Below the pieces are notes generated by a model that made no database searches, was not told the origin of the DNA, and was given only the letters and a program-made list of their open reading frames with translations. A program made the position numbers and the translations under genes. 64,000 bases of DNA from Spirochaetia bacterium (GTDB taxonomy: Bacteria > Spirochaetota > Spirochaetia > UBA9216): positions 640,001 through 704,000 of the forward strand of contig CAXXYH010000004.1 of the NCBI GenBank assembly GCA_963677925.2. Direction: 5' to 3'. Each line of letters begins with the position of its first letter. The first letter of the stretch is position 1. This document shows, piece by piece, positions 40,014 through 49,973 of this stretch.

Positions 40014-40988
40014 TTGAAAAGTATAAAAAAAACTGAAACAGTGTTTATTATCAGTGTAATCATAAGTGCAGTTATAGTTCTGATAACCTGGCTTCTAGGC
40101 TGGCGGCTTGAGGCTGTTCCTCATTTACCCGATAAGGGAGCGTCATGGTATTACTGGCAGCTGGCAAAGCCTGAAACCGCCGCCAGACTGAGTGCCTGGA
40201 TTGGTTACGGGCTGCATCAGCTTTTCATATGGATTGTTTTTTATAAGGCCAGAAATGAAAAACCTCATCCCGATACTGTAAGCAAATTCAACGCCGCTCT
40301 CCTTATCATAAACCTTCTGTTTATTTTTCTTCATCTTATTCAGACCCATGTCTGGTATGACGGACTTGCACAGGATGTTCCAATCTGGACTTCCCAGGGC
40401 TCAGTAATTGTAATGCTTGTTCTGATGCTCGTAATGCTAACGCCAAGACGCGGCTTTTTTCTCGGGATCAAAATCGGACTTCCTGCAAAGGGTGTAAAAT
40501 TTCTAAACGCCGTTCACGGCGTCTTTATTTCATGGGCACTGGTGTATACATTCTGGTTTCATCCCATGGAAGGAACCTATGGTCTGCTTTCCGGCTTCTT
40601 TTACATGTATCTGCTTTTTACCCAGCTGAGTATGTTCAATACCAGGATACATTTCAACATGAAGTGGCTTGTACTTCTTGAATCAATGGTTGCCGTGCAC
40701 GGAACACTTATAACACTTCAAAAGGAAAATCCTATCTGGCCGATGTTTTTTTCGGGTTTTCTTTTCATGATTGCATTTACCTACGTTTATGGTCTTACTA
40801 AAAAGCGGGTATTAAGAATAGGTACCCTTGTTCTTTATGTTATTGCAGTAGCTGTCATGTATTATTTCCGGGGATACGATCACCTTTATGAGGTCAGTTT
40901 TATTCCGGTTGCTCTGTACGGCGGAGGGCTTGCTCTGATAATTCTGATGAAGCTTGCTGGAAAAATTTTGGAAAGGAGAGCCGGTTAA
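40014..40988 (+). CDS. Polytopic membrane protein of unknown function with several intramembrane His
   Basis: About 10 TMs with LHQ, LHLIQTH, HG, FHPME and VHG. SD GGAGGG, TTG start. Confidence 0.75.
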   Translation: MKSIKKTETVFIISVIISAVIVLITWLLGWRLEAVPHLPDKGASWYYWQLAKPETAARLSAWIGYGLHQLFIWIVFYKARNEKPHPDTVSKFNAALLIINLLFIFLHLIQTHVWYDGLAQDVPIWTSQGSVIVMLVLMLVMLTPRRGFFLGIKIGLPAKGVKFLNAVHGVFISWALVYTFWFHPMEGTYGLLSGFFYMYLLFTQLSMFNTRIHFNMKWLVLLESMVAVHGTLITLQKENPIWPMFFSGFLFMIAFTYVYGLTKKRVLRIGTLVLYVIAVAVMYYFRGYDHLYEVSFIPVALYGGGLALIILMKLAGKILERRAG

Positions 40989-40994
40989 CATATT

Positions 40995-42569
40995 ATGCCG
41001 ATTATTGAACGTAAAACTCTGGACAGGGTAAATACTGAAGATGTTCTTTATCTGGATGCCGGAAACCTGATGAAAGCCGGCCAGAAGGTAGGTGAAAAGA
41101 TCTCAAGCCTGGCAAAATACAATGTTTCGCATATAACTGTAATTGCTCCGACGAGGGAGGAAAGAGCCGCTCTCAATGATGATAAACTGAAAGAGCATAT
41201 CAGCAATTACATTGAAATCGGAAAAAGAAAATCTCATGATGATTTGAGATTTAATCTCAAGAATACACTGCTTAATTTTCATGAACTTTACTCGGAAAAA
41301 GACAGAATTTTTTCAATACCCGGAAAACGATCATATCTTGAAACAGGCGATCTGCTGTCAGCAAAGATTGAATCTTTGAACTACAATCATGTGCAGGCTG
41401 GAAGTTTCCGTCTGATTGATAAATATAAATTAAAGTATATAGGTGAAATAATCACCAAGTATCAGTCCTTCTATGATAAGTTAAAGCCAATCGAAAAAGG
41501 TGAAAAGGAATCTAAGGGTGCTGTTAACAGAATACATATGAATTCGATCCGGCTTAACAGTATGTATGATGATTCAAAACTTGCATCACTTGGTGATTCT
41601 CTTGTTAATCAATCTATAGACATTGCGCTCCTGTTTCTGCATACCTTCATTAATATTAATAAAAAGCGGATTATTGAGGGCCGTCCGTTATCTGAGTCCC
41701 GATGGGATCCCTCTCAGAAGAAGTCAAATCAGGGGATATATCAGTATAAGCCTGAATTGATTTTTGAGGCTGTTATCGGGGCACTTCTTCATAATGTAGG
41801 TGAGGCACACAGTCTGGTTCATCAGATAATTTCCGGGAAGCCGTATTTTTCAGATCAGAGCAAAAATGATCAGATGAAAATAAAGCAGATTCAGAAATCA
41901 ACCAATGTATTGAAACACCTATTGGACAGGGATGACATTTCATCGATAACCAGGATGATAGCAGTGATGCAGAAGGATTATCCTGACGGCACAGGATATC
42001 CTTCACCTAACGAAAACCGGTATTTATTTGAGTTTGTTCGTTTATTTCAAATCATCGAATTCTATGACCATATGACAAATCCGGTATTATCAAAAACCGT
42101 TTTCAGCCGCATGGATGTTATAAATTATATAAAGGAGAATTCAGGAGTATATAATTATTCCGGAGATAAATTTGTTCCGCAGAAAAAGTTTGATTCCATG
42201 CTTGTAGATGAATTTCTGGACATTCTTGCTCCTTATGAGATAAATGAAAAGGTTTATCTTTATGAAAAGAAAAAAAGAAACCACCCTATGTACGTAGGGA
42301 AGGTTGTCTCATATCCTGATTCATATTTCCCGATGGTTGCAATTCTCAAGGACGAGAAGAATAACAGGGCGTATCGGGACGGAACTGTTTTTATGCATAT
42401 TCCTTCTTCCACCCTTTTCATTAAATCAAAAGACGGGAAAATAGAAAAGAAGAAAAATACCTGGATATCAAACCTTGAGATATTTGATAAGAACCTGAAT
42501 GCCGGAGATATTCTTGAGTACAGGGATATGATTTTCGGTTCGGAAAGGCCGCTGAGCAAACATCTGTAA
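40995..42569 (+). CDS. Degenerate HD-GYP-like protein
   Basis: GALLHNVG (HD changed to HN), QKDYPDGTGYP (HHE lost) and QIIEFYDHMT. Confidence 0.6.
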   Translation: MPIIERKTLDRVNTEDVLYLDAGNLMKAGQKVGEKISSLAKYNVSHITVIAPTREERAALNDDKLKEHISNYIEIGKRKSHDDLRFNLKNTLLNFHELYSEKDRIFSIPGKRSYLETGDLLSAKIESLNYNHVQAGSFRLIDKYKLKYIGEIITKYQSFYDKLKPIEKGEKESKGAVNRIHMNSIRLNSMYDDSKLASLGDSLVNQSIDIALLFLHTFININKKRIIEGRPLSESRWDPSQKKSNQGIYQYKPELIFEAVIGALLHNVGEAHSLVHQIISGKPYFSDQSKNDQMKIKQIQKSTNVLKHLLDRDDISSITRMIAVMQKDYPDGTGYPSPNENRYLFEFVRLFQIIEFYDHMTNPVLSKTVFSRMDVINYIKENSGVYNYSGDKFVPQKKFDSMLVDEFLDILAPYEINEKVYLYEKKKRNHPMYVGKVVSYPDSYFPMVAILKDEKNNRAYRDGTVFMHIPSSTLFIKSKDGKIEKKKNTWISNLEIFDKNLNAGDILEYRDMIFGSERPLSKHL

Positions 42570-42581
42570 AAGAAGTAATAA

Positions 42582-43325
42582 TTAAAATCCAAGCTCTTCG
42601 GCAATCATTATCACATGGAAGTCCGAGTCTGTGGGCCGCCTGTGAATGATATTTGTAATGTTGCAGTAGCGCACTTCTGAGCGGCAGTCCAGACATCTGC
42701 CGCTTTTGTTGCAGGCAAGTTCATTATGGTATTTGATGTTGTTCATCTGCGCGGCAGTATCGTGTATCCTGTCCATGCCTGTGTTCAAATCCTTAACAAG
42801 TTTGTTGGCTCCGGCTACTATAATAATGCGGTCGGAACCGTAGCAGCTTCCTGCAACTCTGTTGCCGCTTCCATCTATGTTTATAATCTGTCCGTCCATT
42901 GTGACGGCGTTAGCTCCCAGTATAAAAACATTTGAGACCAGGTAATTCATCAGGATCTCTCTTGTTTCCTGCTCGTTCCCGATTATTTTGAAACCGGGAG
43001 TTTTATTGTCGAATGCCGGTTTATTTACAGCGCAGGTATGAGGTATAGCAACACAGTTTTTCTTTTCCAAATCGTCATCAAGTTCAAGGGAGAAAATTGT
43101 ATGAGAATCTCCAAATCCGACTGTGCTGTTTTCCGGTATCAGACTTAGAAGAAGTTCTTTTGCATCAGCTGCTGATTCGCAGAAGTGAGCTTCAAAATTA
43201 TTCTTTGACAGATTCTTCACTGCAATACGGCATTGCTGCTTCAAATAATCAGATCTGATTTTTTCTCTGCTGCAATCCTCTTCTTTAAGCTTTGGAAATT
43301 TCAGTTTTCGTAAATCAAGCATCAT
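42582..43325 (-). CDS. LUD-domain (lactate utilization / YkgG-like) protein
   Basis: VGFGDSHT, GANAVTMDGQIINIDGSGNRVA, AGANKLV and C..SGRCLDC....RYC. Confidence 0.85.
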   Translation of the reverse strand: MMLDLRKLKFPKLKEEDCSREKIRSDYLKQQCRIAVKNLSKNNFEAHFCESAADAKELLLSLIPENSTVGFGDSHTIFSLELDDDLEKKNCVAIPHTCAVNKPAFDNKTPGFKIIGNEQETREILMNYLVSNVFILGANAVTMDGQIINIDGSGNRVAGSCYGSDRIIIVAGANKLVKDLNTGMDRIHDTAAQMNNIKYHNELACNKSGRCLDCRSEVRYCNITNIIHRRPTDSDFHVIMIAEELGF

Positions 43326-43386
43326 AGCCTCCCGATGATGCTATTCTAACTTAAATTTCGATTTATACAAAATATATTGGTTCTAT

Positions 43387-45006
43387 TTATAAATCATCAC
43401 AGTCCTCATCATCAGGCTCGGCACAGCCTCTCTGTCCCGGAGCCGGCAGAGCTTTCGTCTTTCTGTTTTTTACATGACAGGATTTAAGGTTGAAGAAATT
43501 TATCTGCTCTTCAATGTCCTTGACCTGATCTGCCAGAGTTGTCGCTGTTGCGGACATTTCCTCAGCACCGGCAGCATTCTGCTGAATGATATTGTCCAGC
43601 TGCATGATAGCAGAGTTGATCTGATCCACTCCGCTGCTCTGCTCAGCACTTGCCTGACTGATTTCCCGGATCAGGGCTGATGTCTTTTGAATATCAGGAA
43701 CAAGCTTTCCAAGCCTGTCTCCTGCATCGGTTGAAAGTTTTACTGTTTCTATTGAAAGCTGACTTATCTCTGCTGCTGATATCTGACTTCGCTCAGCAAG
43801 TTTTCTGACTTCAGAGGCGACTACTGCAAAGCCCTTTCCGTGGTCGCCTGCTCTGGCCGCCTCAATAGCTGCATTCAATGCCAGAAGATTTGTCTGTCGT
43901 GCTATTTCCTCAATAATGACTATTTTCTCAGCAATCTGCCTCATTGAATCAACAGCCATCACCACTACTTTACCGCTTTCTTCGGCATCAGCGGCTACAT
44001 TAGCTGCAATTTTCTCGGTTTCTTTCGAGTTGTCGGCGTTCTGTCGGATACTGGAGTTCATTTCTTCCATAGACGCAGAGACTTCTTCAACAGCAGAGGC
44101 CTGGTTTGATGCTCCGGAGGAGATTTCATCAGCAGCCAGCAGAAACTGCTCACTGCTTATTGAGATCTGTTCTGAGGTTTCTCCTATTCCGCCTATAATG
44201 TCGCAGAGTGAAAAAATCATTGAGTCGATGGCCCGGGCCAGATCTCCGGTTTCATCCTTCATTTTCATATTCTTTTCAGGAACATCAATTTCAAGATTTC
44301 CCTGTGAAATTTCCTGAGTGAGCCTTACCCCGCTAACAATCGGTGAGGCAATTTTTTTACTTATTATCCATGCTGCAATAATTCCGGCCACTGAAAGGAT
44401 GATTGTCAGTACCATAAGCAGCAGGATGATATTTCTTGCCAGCCTGTCGGCCAGGTCAGTTATGTCGTCATTCGGAATACCAACATAGAGGATTCCTATT
44501 ATTTCACCTGCTGAATCATGCAGGGGATTGTAGGCTGTTAAATAGTTTTTGCCCAGGATATTTGCCGAACCCAGAAACCTTGTGTCGGCCATAATAGGGG
44601 CATATGCTGCACTTGCTTTACCGAGAAAGGTTCCAACCGCACGTGAACCGTCATCCTTTTTTATATTGGTTATAATTCTTATAAAATCATCCCCTTCCTT
44701 TTTGAACACTGTTGCGGTGATATCCAGTCTGCTTCCAAAATCGTCAATGAAATCAAAATCATCGACCGGTGAGCCTGATTCATCATACATAATTTTGTCC
44801 TGAATATATGCTGAACCGAATCTTTTATCAAAGGCAATTATTAGTGATTCTATATCACCCTTCACCTTCATATTCAGAGCAGCAGTTGAGATGTCTGTAC
44901 TCAGTTTTTTCATGCCCATGTAGGCGACAGAGAGGCCGCCTAGTGTTATGACAAGAACAATTATTACAATAAACAGTATTATCTTATTGGTAATGGATAC
45001 CCGCAT
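43387..45006 (-). CDS. Methyl-accepting chemotaxis protein (Cache_3/Cache_2 sensor)
   Basis: ATVF...FIRIITN...GSRAVGT...YLTAYNP...IIGILYVG, then [36 protein letters not shown]. Confidence 0.95.
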   Translation of the reverse strand: MRVSITNKIILFIVIIVLVITLGGLSVAYMGMKKLSTDISTAALNMKVKGDIESLIIAFDKRFGSAYIQDKIMYDESGSPVDDFDFIDDFGSRLDITATVFKKEGDDFIRIITNIKKDDGSRAVGTFLGKASAAYAPIMADTRFLGSANILGKNYLTAYNPLHDSAGEIIGILYVGIPNDDITDLADRLARNIILLLMVLTIILSVAGIIAAWIISKKIASPIVSGVRLTQEISQGNLEIDVPEKNMKMKDETGDLARAIDSMIFSLCDIIGGIGETSEQISISSEQFLLAADEISSGASNQASAVEEVSASMEEMNSSIRQNADNSKETEKIAANVAADAEESGKVVVMAVDSMRQIAEKIVIIEEIARQTNLLALNAAIEAARAGDHGKGFAVVASEVRKLAERSQISAAEISQLSIETVKLSTDAGDRLGKLVPDIQKTSALIREISQASAEQSSGVDQINSAIMQLDNIIQQNAAGAEEMSATATTLADQVKDIEEQINFFNLKSCHVKNRKTKALPAPGQRGCAEPDDEDCDDL

Positions 45007-45158
45007 CAGCAGCTCCTGAAAAAATTATTAGAGTTTCTAATATATATGTTAGTGTCCGGAGATATGGTAATCAAGTTATTAAGATTAATAACGGCTTTAT
45101 GATTAGCAGCTGAAGATGAAACAAATGCAATTATTTTCCGATTATTTTAAATTAATCT

Positions 45159-45206
45159 AAAAAATAAAAAGAGTACCGGGGCAATCCATGCTGCTTCGGT
45201 ACTCTT
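45159..45206 (-). terminator. Intrinsic terminator of the hydrogenase operon
   Basis: Minus strand AAGAGTACCG...CGGTACTCTTTTTATTTTTT, about 30 nt after the hydA stop. Confidence 0.8.
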
Positions 45207-45234
45207 GAGTTATACATGCTTTAATAATGAATTG

Positions 45235-47040
45235 TTAAATTATCTTCTCAGTTGTTATTTCTTCCCAAATTTCTTTAATGCTGTGTTTTACCTTTCTTTT
45301 TCTGTCGGAATATGTGGTGTGCAGAAGTCTGTGGGATTTATGGGAAAGCGGTTCACCAAGAAAATCATCGTATATTTTTTTTATCATAGGATTTCGGTGA
45401 GACTGGCGAACGGGCAGAGATTTATCCAGGATATACAATCCCTTCTGTCTTAGAGTTTTTCGTGTCTGGTAGGCTCCTTTGATTCTCGGCTGTCCTCCTC
45501 CGGATATACATCCTCCGGGACAGGCCATCACTTCAATGAAAAGATGATCAGCTTTTCCGGCTTTTATTTTCTCAAGTACTTCTCTTGCAGCTTTCAAGCC
45601 TGTAGCAATTCCTACTTTAACCTTTCCGTATTCTCCGCCGAGGTCTATTTCTGCCTCCCTGAAACCTTCAAGGCCCCTGACTTCTCTGATGTCTACTTTT
45701 TCAAGATCTTTCCCGTTTACAATTGAGTAAACAGTTCGAAGAGCCGCCTCCATGACACCTCCGCTTGCACCGAATATTACCGCGGCTCCGGAGTAGTCAC
45801 CCATCCAGCCGTTGTCGTATTCAGAATCAGGCAGATCTGCAAGCCAGACACCTTCACGTTTAAGCAGCCTGCTGAACTCTCTGGTTGTAAGGACTACGTC
45901 CACATCAGGCTTTCCGTTTGTGCTCATCTCCGGTCTTTTTGCTTCTTCTTTTTTCGCGGTGCAGGGCATTATTGATATTACCTTCATGAATTTAGGGTCT
46001 ATTCCAAGTTTTTCGGCAAGATAAGATTTTGATACTGCTCCGAACATCTGCTGAGGTGATTTTGCAGTTGAAAGATGGGGAAGCAGTTCAGGATAATTTT
46101 TTTCAACAAAGTTAATCCAGCCTGGCGAGCATGATGTGAGCATGGGGAATTTTCCGCCTGTTTTTATCCGTTCAAGAAGTTCAGACCCTTCTTCCATGAT
46201 GGTCAGATCAGCGGTGAAATTCGTATCAAGGACTACATCACCCCCTATTTTTTTGATGGCCGAAATAATCTTACCCTCTACCGATTCTCCGGAAGTCATA
46301 TGGAACTCTTCACCCAGTGCTACACGTACCGCCGGTGCAACCTGAAATACGGTAAATACTCCGGGTGTATACAGGTAGTCTACTACTTCTTCGGTATCAT
46401 CACGTGCTGCAAGTGCTCCGACAGGACACACAAGGGTACACTGTCCACAGCTGACACAGTTTGAGCTTCCAAGAGCAAGACTGTCTTTTATACCGATTTC
46501 TGTTGTAAGTCCCTTGTCGGTGAAGACTAAAACATCAGTTTTTTGAATCTCCCTGCAGACTTCCACGCATCGCAGGCAGCGTATACATTTACTCATGTCG
46601 CGGACAATTGCTGCGGAAGAAATTTCCCTGGTCCTTCCCCTGTAGAAATGCGGATAATTGTAATGGGTGTGTTCGAGTCCGACAAACTGAGCAACCTCCT
46701 GCAGTTCGCAGTCACCGTGCCGTATGCATGAAGCGCAGTCCTGGTTGTGGTCTGCCAGCAGCAGTTCAACCTGAAGACGCTGGCGCTCTCTGACAAGTCT
46801 GGTTCTTGTAAGCACTTCCATTCCTTCTTCCATCGGTGTATCGCAGCTTGTAACAATCTGGTGCTCACTGGAACTTTTTCTTTTGATGTCAACAAGACAA
46901 ACCCTGCAGGTTCCCGGTGTATGATTCAGGCAGGTCATAGCGCAGAGAGTAGGAATGAATTGACCATATTTTAAAGCAGTTTCAAGAATTGTTTCATTCT
47001 GACTAAATTCGACTTCTTTTCCGTTGATATATGCTTTCAT
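45235..47040 (-). CDS. hydA: [FeFe]-hydrogenase catalytic subunit, group A (2Fe-2S, His-ligated 4Fe-4S, 2x4Fe-4S, H-cluster)
   Basis: IPTLC...CRVC...SC, HNQDCASC...C, two CxxCxxC...CP. H-cluster motifs TSCSPGW, MPCTAKKEE and EVMACPGGCISGGGQP. Confidence 0.96.
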   Translation of the reverse strand: MKAYINGKEVEFSQNETILETALKYGQFIPTLCAMTCLNHTPGTCRVCLVDIKRKSSSEHQIVTSCDTPMEEGMEVLTRTRLVRERQRLQVELLLADHNQDCASCIRHGDCELQEVAQFVGLEHTHYNYPHFYRGRTREISSAAIVRDMSKCIRCLRCVEVCREIQKTDVLVFTDKGLTTEIGIKDSLALGSSNCVSCGQCTLVCPVGALAARDDTEEVVDYLYTPGVFTVFQVAPAVRVALGEEFHMTSGESVEGKIISAIKKIGGDVVLDTNFTADLTIMEEGSELLERIKTGGKFPMLTSCSPGWINFVEKNYPELLPHLSTAKSPQQMFGAVSKSYLAEKLGIDPKFMKVISIMPCTAKKEEAKRPEMSTNGKPDVDVVLTTREFSRLLKREGVWLADLPDSEYDNGWMGDYSGAAVIFGASGGVMEAALRTVYSIVNGKDLEKVDIREVRGLEGFREAEIDLGGEYGKVKVGIATGLKAAREVLEKIKAGKADHLFIEVMACPGGCISGGGQPRIKGAYQTRKTLRQKGLYILDKSLPVRQSHRNPMIKKIYDDFLGEPLSHKSHRLLHTTYSDRKRKVKHSIKEIWEEITTEKII

Positions 47041-47049
47041 GCTGTTCTC

Positions 47050-49032
47050 CTATCTCTCTGTAATTACCATCGATACTCTATAGCATTTCAGGCAGCGGTT
47101 TGCTTCCTTATATGCCTGTTCAACAGTGATGTTTTTTTCCACTTCCTCAAAAATCTTTTTTCTTACAACCGGATCTATTTCGTCTGCTATGATCCGGTTT
47201 GTAGCTTTGACAGGTACAGCAAGATAGTCTTTATCATTTTTTGATATTTCTTTAATCATACTGCTCATCCGCTCCGCAGGATCAAAGAGAACTCTTCCAT
47301 GTGTCAGATAATCGTTGATAGATTTTGCCGCTCTCATGCCGAGTGTCATCGCCTCAATAAGTGTCGCCGGTCCTGTTGTACAGTCGCCTCCGGCGAAAAC
47401 ACCTTTTTGTGTTGTTTCTAGTGTCATTGGATTGGTCTCGATCATTCCCCACTTATTGAGTTCAATCTCATCTTTCGGTGAGAGGAATGAGTGGTCAACC
47501 TTTTGGCCAATCGCAGGGACAACCATGTCGCAGTTCATTACAAACTCAGAGCCGTCTTCCGGTGAAACGCTGCGTCTGCCTCCTGCGTCGGGTTCGCCGA
47601 GTTTCATCTTGATTAATTTAAGTCCTGTCACATGATTATCTTCTGAAAGTATCTGAATCGGGTGAGTCAGAAAGTGAAAAATGACGCCTTCTTTTTCCGC
47701 GGCTTCAATTTCTTCATGATCTGCGGGCATTTCATCTCTTGAGCGGCGGTAGACCAGATGTACCTCATCCGTTCCCATTCTCAGCGCAGAACGGGCGCAG
47801 TCCATTGCTACGTTTCCGCCGCCGACTACGATAGTTTTTTTACCAAGTTCGACATCTATTCCGATATTTAGATAGTAGTGATTAATGTAAAGCAGAAAAC
47901 TGATGCCGGATTTATATCCTCCCATTGAACGGTGTTCTCCGGGGATTCCAATCATCTTTCCGGAGTGAGCCCCTATTCCCAGAAAAAAGGCCTTGTATCC
48001 CCTTTTTTTAAGATCTTCAAGTGTGAAATTGGTTCCCATTCTCTGGTTGTAATGAATTTTCCCTCCAAGGGTTTCAATAATTCCTATCTCCTTCTGCAGA
48101 ACTTCAGACGGAAGCCGGTAATTAGGGATTCCCACTGAAGCCATTCCTCCCGGTTCCGAATGAGCTTCAAAGATATCTACAGTGTAGCCCATAAGCAGCA
48201 GGTGATAAGCGGCATTGATGCCCGCCGGTCCGGTTCCTATTATTGCAACCTTTAAATCATCTGGTTTTCGTTCGGATATCAGGTTTTGATCAAACCACTT
48301 TTCTGATATGTATTTCTCACGTTCAGCAACAAACCGTTTAAGCAGTTTTATGCCGACAGGCTGATCAACCATATTTCTGCGGCATGCAAATTCACAAAAT
48401 CTTACACAGACTCTTCCGCAGGTCTCGGCCATCGGGTATTTTTGCAGAATAACGCTTACCGAATGCGTCAGTTTTCCATCCTTGATATAATTGATATATC
48501 TAGGCACTTCGACCTTGGCCGGGCATGCCTCTATGCAGGGTGCTGTTATATAGGTATAAGCTGCCTGTTTTCTATATTTGTCAATGTTTTTGATCTCCGA
48601 CTCCAGCTCATGTCTGAAATAGGTTAATATCTTCTGCAGTGCGACCGTAGCAGTCTGACCAAGTCCGCAGAGACTTGTTGTTCTGATGTGTTCAGAAAGA
48701 AGTTCGAGTTCATCAAGTGTTTCAATACCGGCTTTACCATTTATGATGTCCTCAAGTTTTTGTTTAATTATATTTGTTCCAACTCTGCACGGGGTGCATG
48801 CTCCGCAGCTTTCTTTTGCCGCACGGCTTATATACGTCATTGCTGCATCAAGCAGATTAACGCCCTCGTCAAATATGAAGAATCCTTTCCATCCAAAGAA
48901 AGCTTTTACCGGGTTTCCTGGATTAAATTCTACAAAATTTGAAAATCTTCTGCTGTCTTCAATTTCAAACAGCCGCTTCCTCCGGTTGTCAACTATTTCA
49001 TTATCCCAGACACCGAATATTACTTTGCTCAT
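47050..49032 (-). CDS. SfrB/GltD-like FAD/NAD(P)H oxidoreductase with NuoF-type 4Fe-4S N-terminal domain (hydrogenase partner subunit)
   Basis: VIFGVWDNEIVDNR...AFFGWKG, ESCGACTPCRVG, SLCGLGQ, APCIEACP, CGRVC..FCE..CRR, GTGPAG, GGGNVAMDCAR, YRR, FAGGD and EANRCLKC. Confidence 0.88.
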   Translation of the reverse strand: MSKVIFGVWDNEIVDNRRKRLFEIEDSRRFSNFVEFNPGNPVKAFFGWKGFFIFDEGVNLLDAAMTYISRAAKESCGACTPCRVGTNIIKQKLEDIINGKAGIETLDELELLSEHIRTTSLCGLGQTATVALQKILTYFRHELESEIKNIDKYRKQAAYTYITAPCIEACPAKVEVPRYINYIKDGKLTHSVSVILQKYPMAETCGRVCVRFCEFACRRNMVDQPVGIKLLKRFVAEREKYISEKWFDQNLISERKPDDLKVAIIGTGPAGINAAYHLLLMGYTVDIFEAHSEPGGMASVGIPNYRLPSEVLQKEIGIIETLGGKIHYNQRMGTNFTLEDLKKRGYKAFFLGIGAHSGKMIGIPGEHRSMGGYKSGISFLLYINHYYLNIGIDVELGKKTIVVGGGNVAMDCARSALRMGTDEVHLVYRRSRDEMPADHEEIEAAEKEGVIFHFLTHPIQILSEDNHVTGLKLIKMKLGEPDAGGRRSVSPEDGSEFVMNCDMVVPAIGQKVDHSFLSPKDEIELNKWGMIETNPMTLETTQKGVFAGGDCTTGPATLIEAMTLGMRAAKSINDYLTHGRVLFDPAERMSSMIKEISKNDKDYLAVPVKATNRIIADEIDPVVRKKIFEEVEKNITVEQAYKEANRCLKCYRVSMVITER

Positions 49033-49040
49033 AAATGCTC

Positions 49041-49487
49041 CTAAAAATAGAGAACTTCGGGTGTTTTTCCCGCTCTTCGCAGAGAGTCAATGAATCCTTC
49101 AAAAATCTTTGTTTTATTTATACCGTTTTTGGGATTTATGGCCGTACCGCGATAAATTTTTGTAAGATCACATCTGTTTATGATCTCTTTCAATACTCCC
49201 GCTGCATTGTCGGGGCAGACATTTTTATTGTAAATTTCAGAGAAAGCTTTAAGAGTCACTGAACCTTCACATACCAGCATTCCGTCAAGGTATCCATAAG
49301 GCGGTATTTTACGGCTCATAGTTTCAAGATGAATTATTGCTTTTTTTTCTATATATCTTTCGAAGATCGAACAGATCGTTCCTCCGAGTATTACTTTCTC
49401 TGCCTTTTCCGTCATAAAACAATCAAAAGCTTTTCTGTCAAGCCCCGGTGATGACGGAGGGCCGATGAAAAGAACCAGTTTCTTCAT
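49041..49487 (-). CDS. Stand-alone C-terminal domain of the hydrogenase-associated SpoIIE-like phosphatase (HfsC-like)
   Basis: LFIGPP...D, KVILGGT, IPPYG, EGSVTL, NAA..L and GTAINP, recalled as the C-terminal domain of HydS-associated phosphatases. No PP2C catalytic domain. Confidence 0.6.
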   Translation of the reverse strand: MKKLVLFIGPPSSPGLDRKAFDCFMTEKAEKVILGGTICSIFERYIEKKAIIHLETMSRKIPPYGYLDGMLVCEGSVTLKAFSEIYNKNVCPDNAAGVLKEIINRCDLTKIYRGTAINPKNGINKTKIFEGFIDSLRRAGKTPEVLYF

Positions 49488-49736
49488 TCACCCCTCAGCT
49501 TTTAATACATTCTGCAGGAAAAAAGTCTCTGCTTCATCGGGTACGGTTTCGAATACCTCATCATTGATTCTTACTAGTACATTTTTTTCTGAGCATTTAC
49601 CCAGGCAGAATGAGCCCTTGAGATTGATGGAATTTTCAAGTTTATTTTTTGATATCATCTTCTTAAAAATCCTGATCACTTTCTCCGACCCCCTTAAATG
49701 ACAGGATGTTCCTATACAGACTGTCAGTTCGACCAT
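49488..49736 (-). CDS. Thioredoxin-like [2Fe-2S] ferredoxin (NuoE/HfsA-like)
   Basis: TVCIGTSCHLRGS...GSFCLGKC. SD AGGAGG precedes ATG 49736. Confidence 0.88.
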   Translation of the reverse strand: MVELTVCIGTSCHLRGSEKVIRIFKKMISKNKLENSINLKGSFCLGKCSEKNVLVRINDEVFETVPDEAETFFLQNVLKAEG

Positions 49737-49973
49737 AAAACCTCCTTTTGATTCTGGTTGAGTGATTATATTCGAAAATTTGTCTGTGATGGTCGACAAA
49801 TGTCTGATTAATCAATGTCAGGACAATGTCTTGGCGGTATCTTTTTTAGGGTATTTTATGATTTAGCTCTAATTTGATTTTTCAGATTATCCGGCAGATC
49901 GGCTGTCCTGTTCGCGGATCTCAGCTGCAGGGTTGTTGTAGATAAGTTTTTATTTAAAAACTATAATAGCCCC

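Noticed and set aside
46115-46140. TSCSPGW instead of TSCCPGW in H-cluster motif 1
   Set aside because: This is a common variant among group A enzymes. The other H-cluster motifs are intact, so it is not evidence of inactivity or novelty.
49485-49490. In-frame TGA-ATG junction as possible selenocysteine read-through
   Set aside because: The TGA is not at a Cys-equivalent position, no SECIS-like hairpin was recognised, and a purine-rich GAGGGG precedes the ATG, so reinitiation is simpler.
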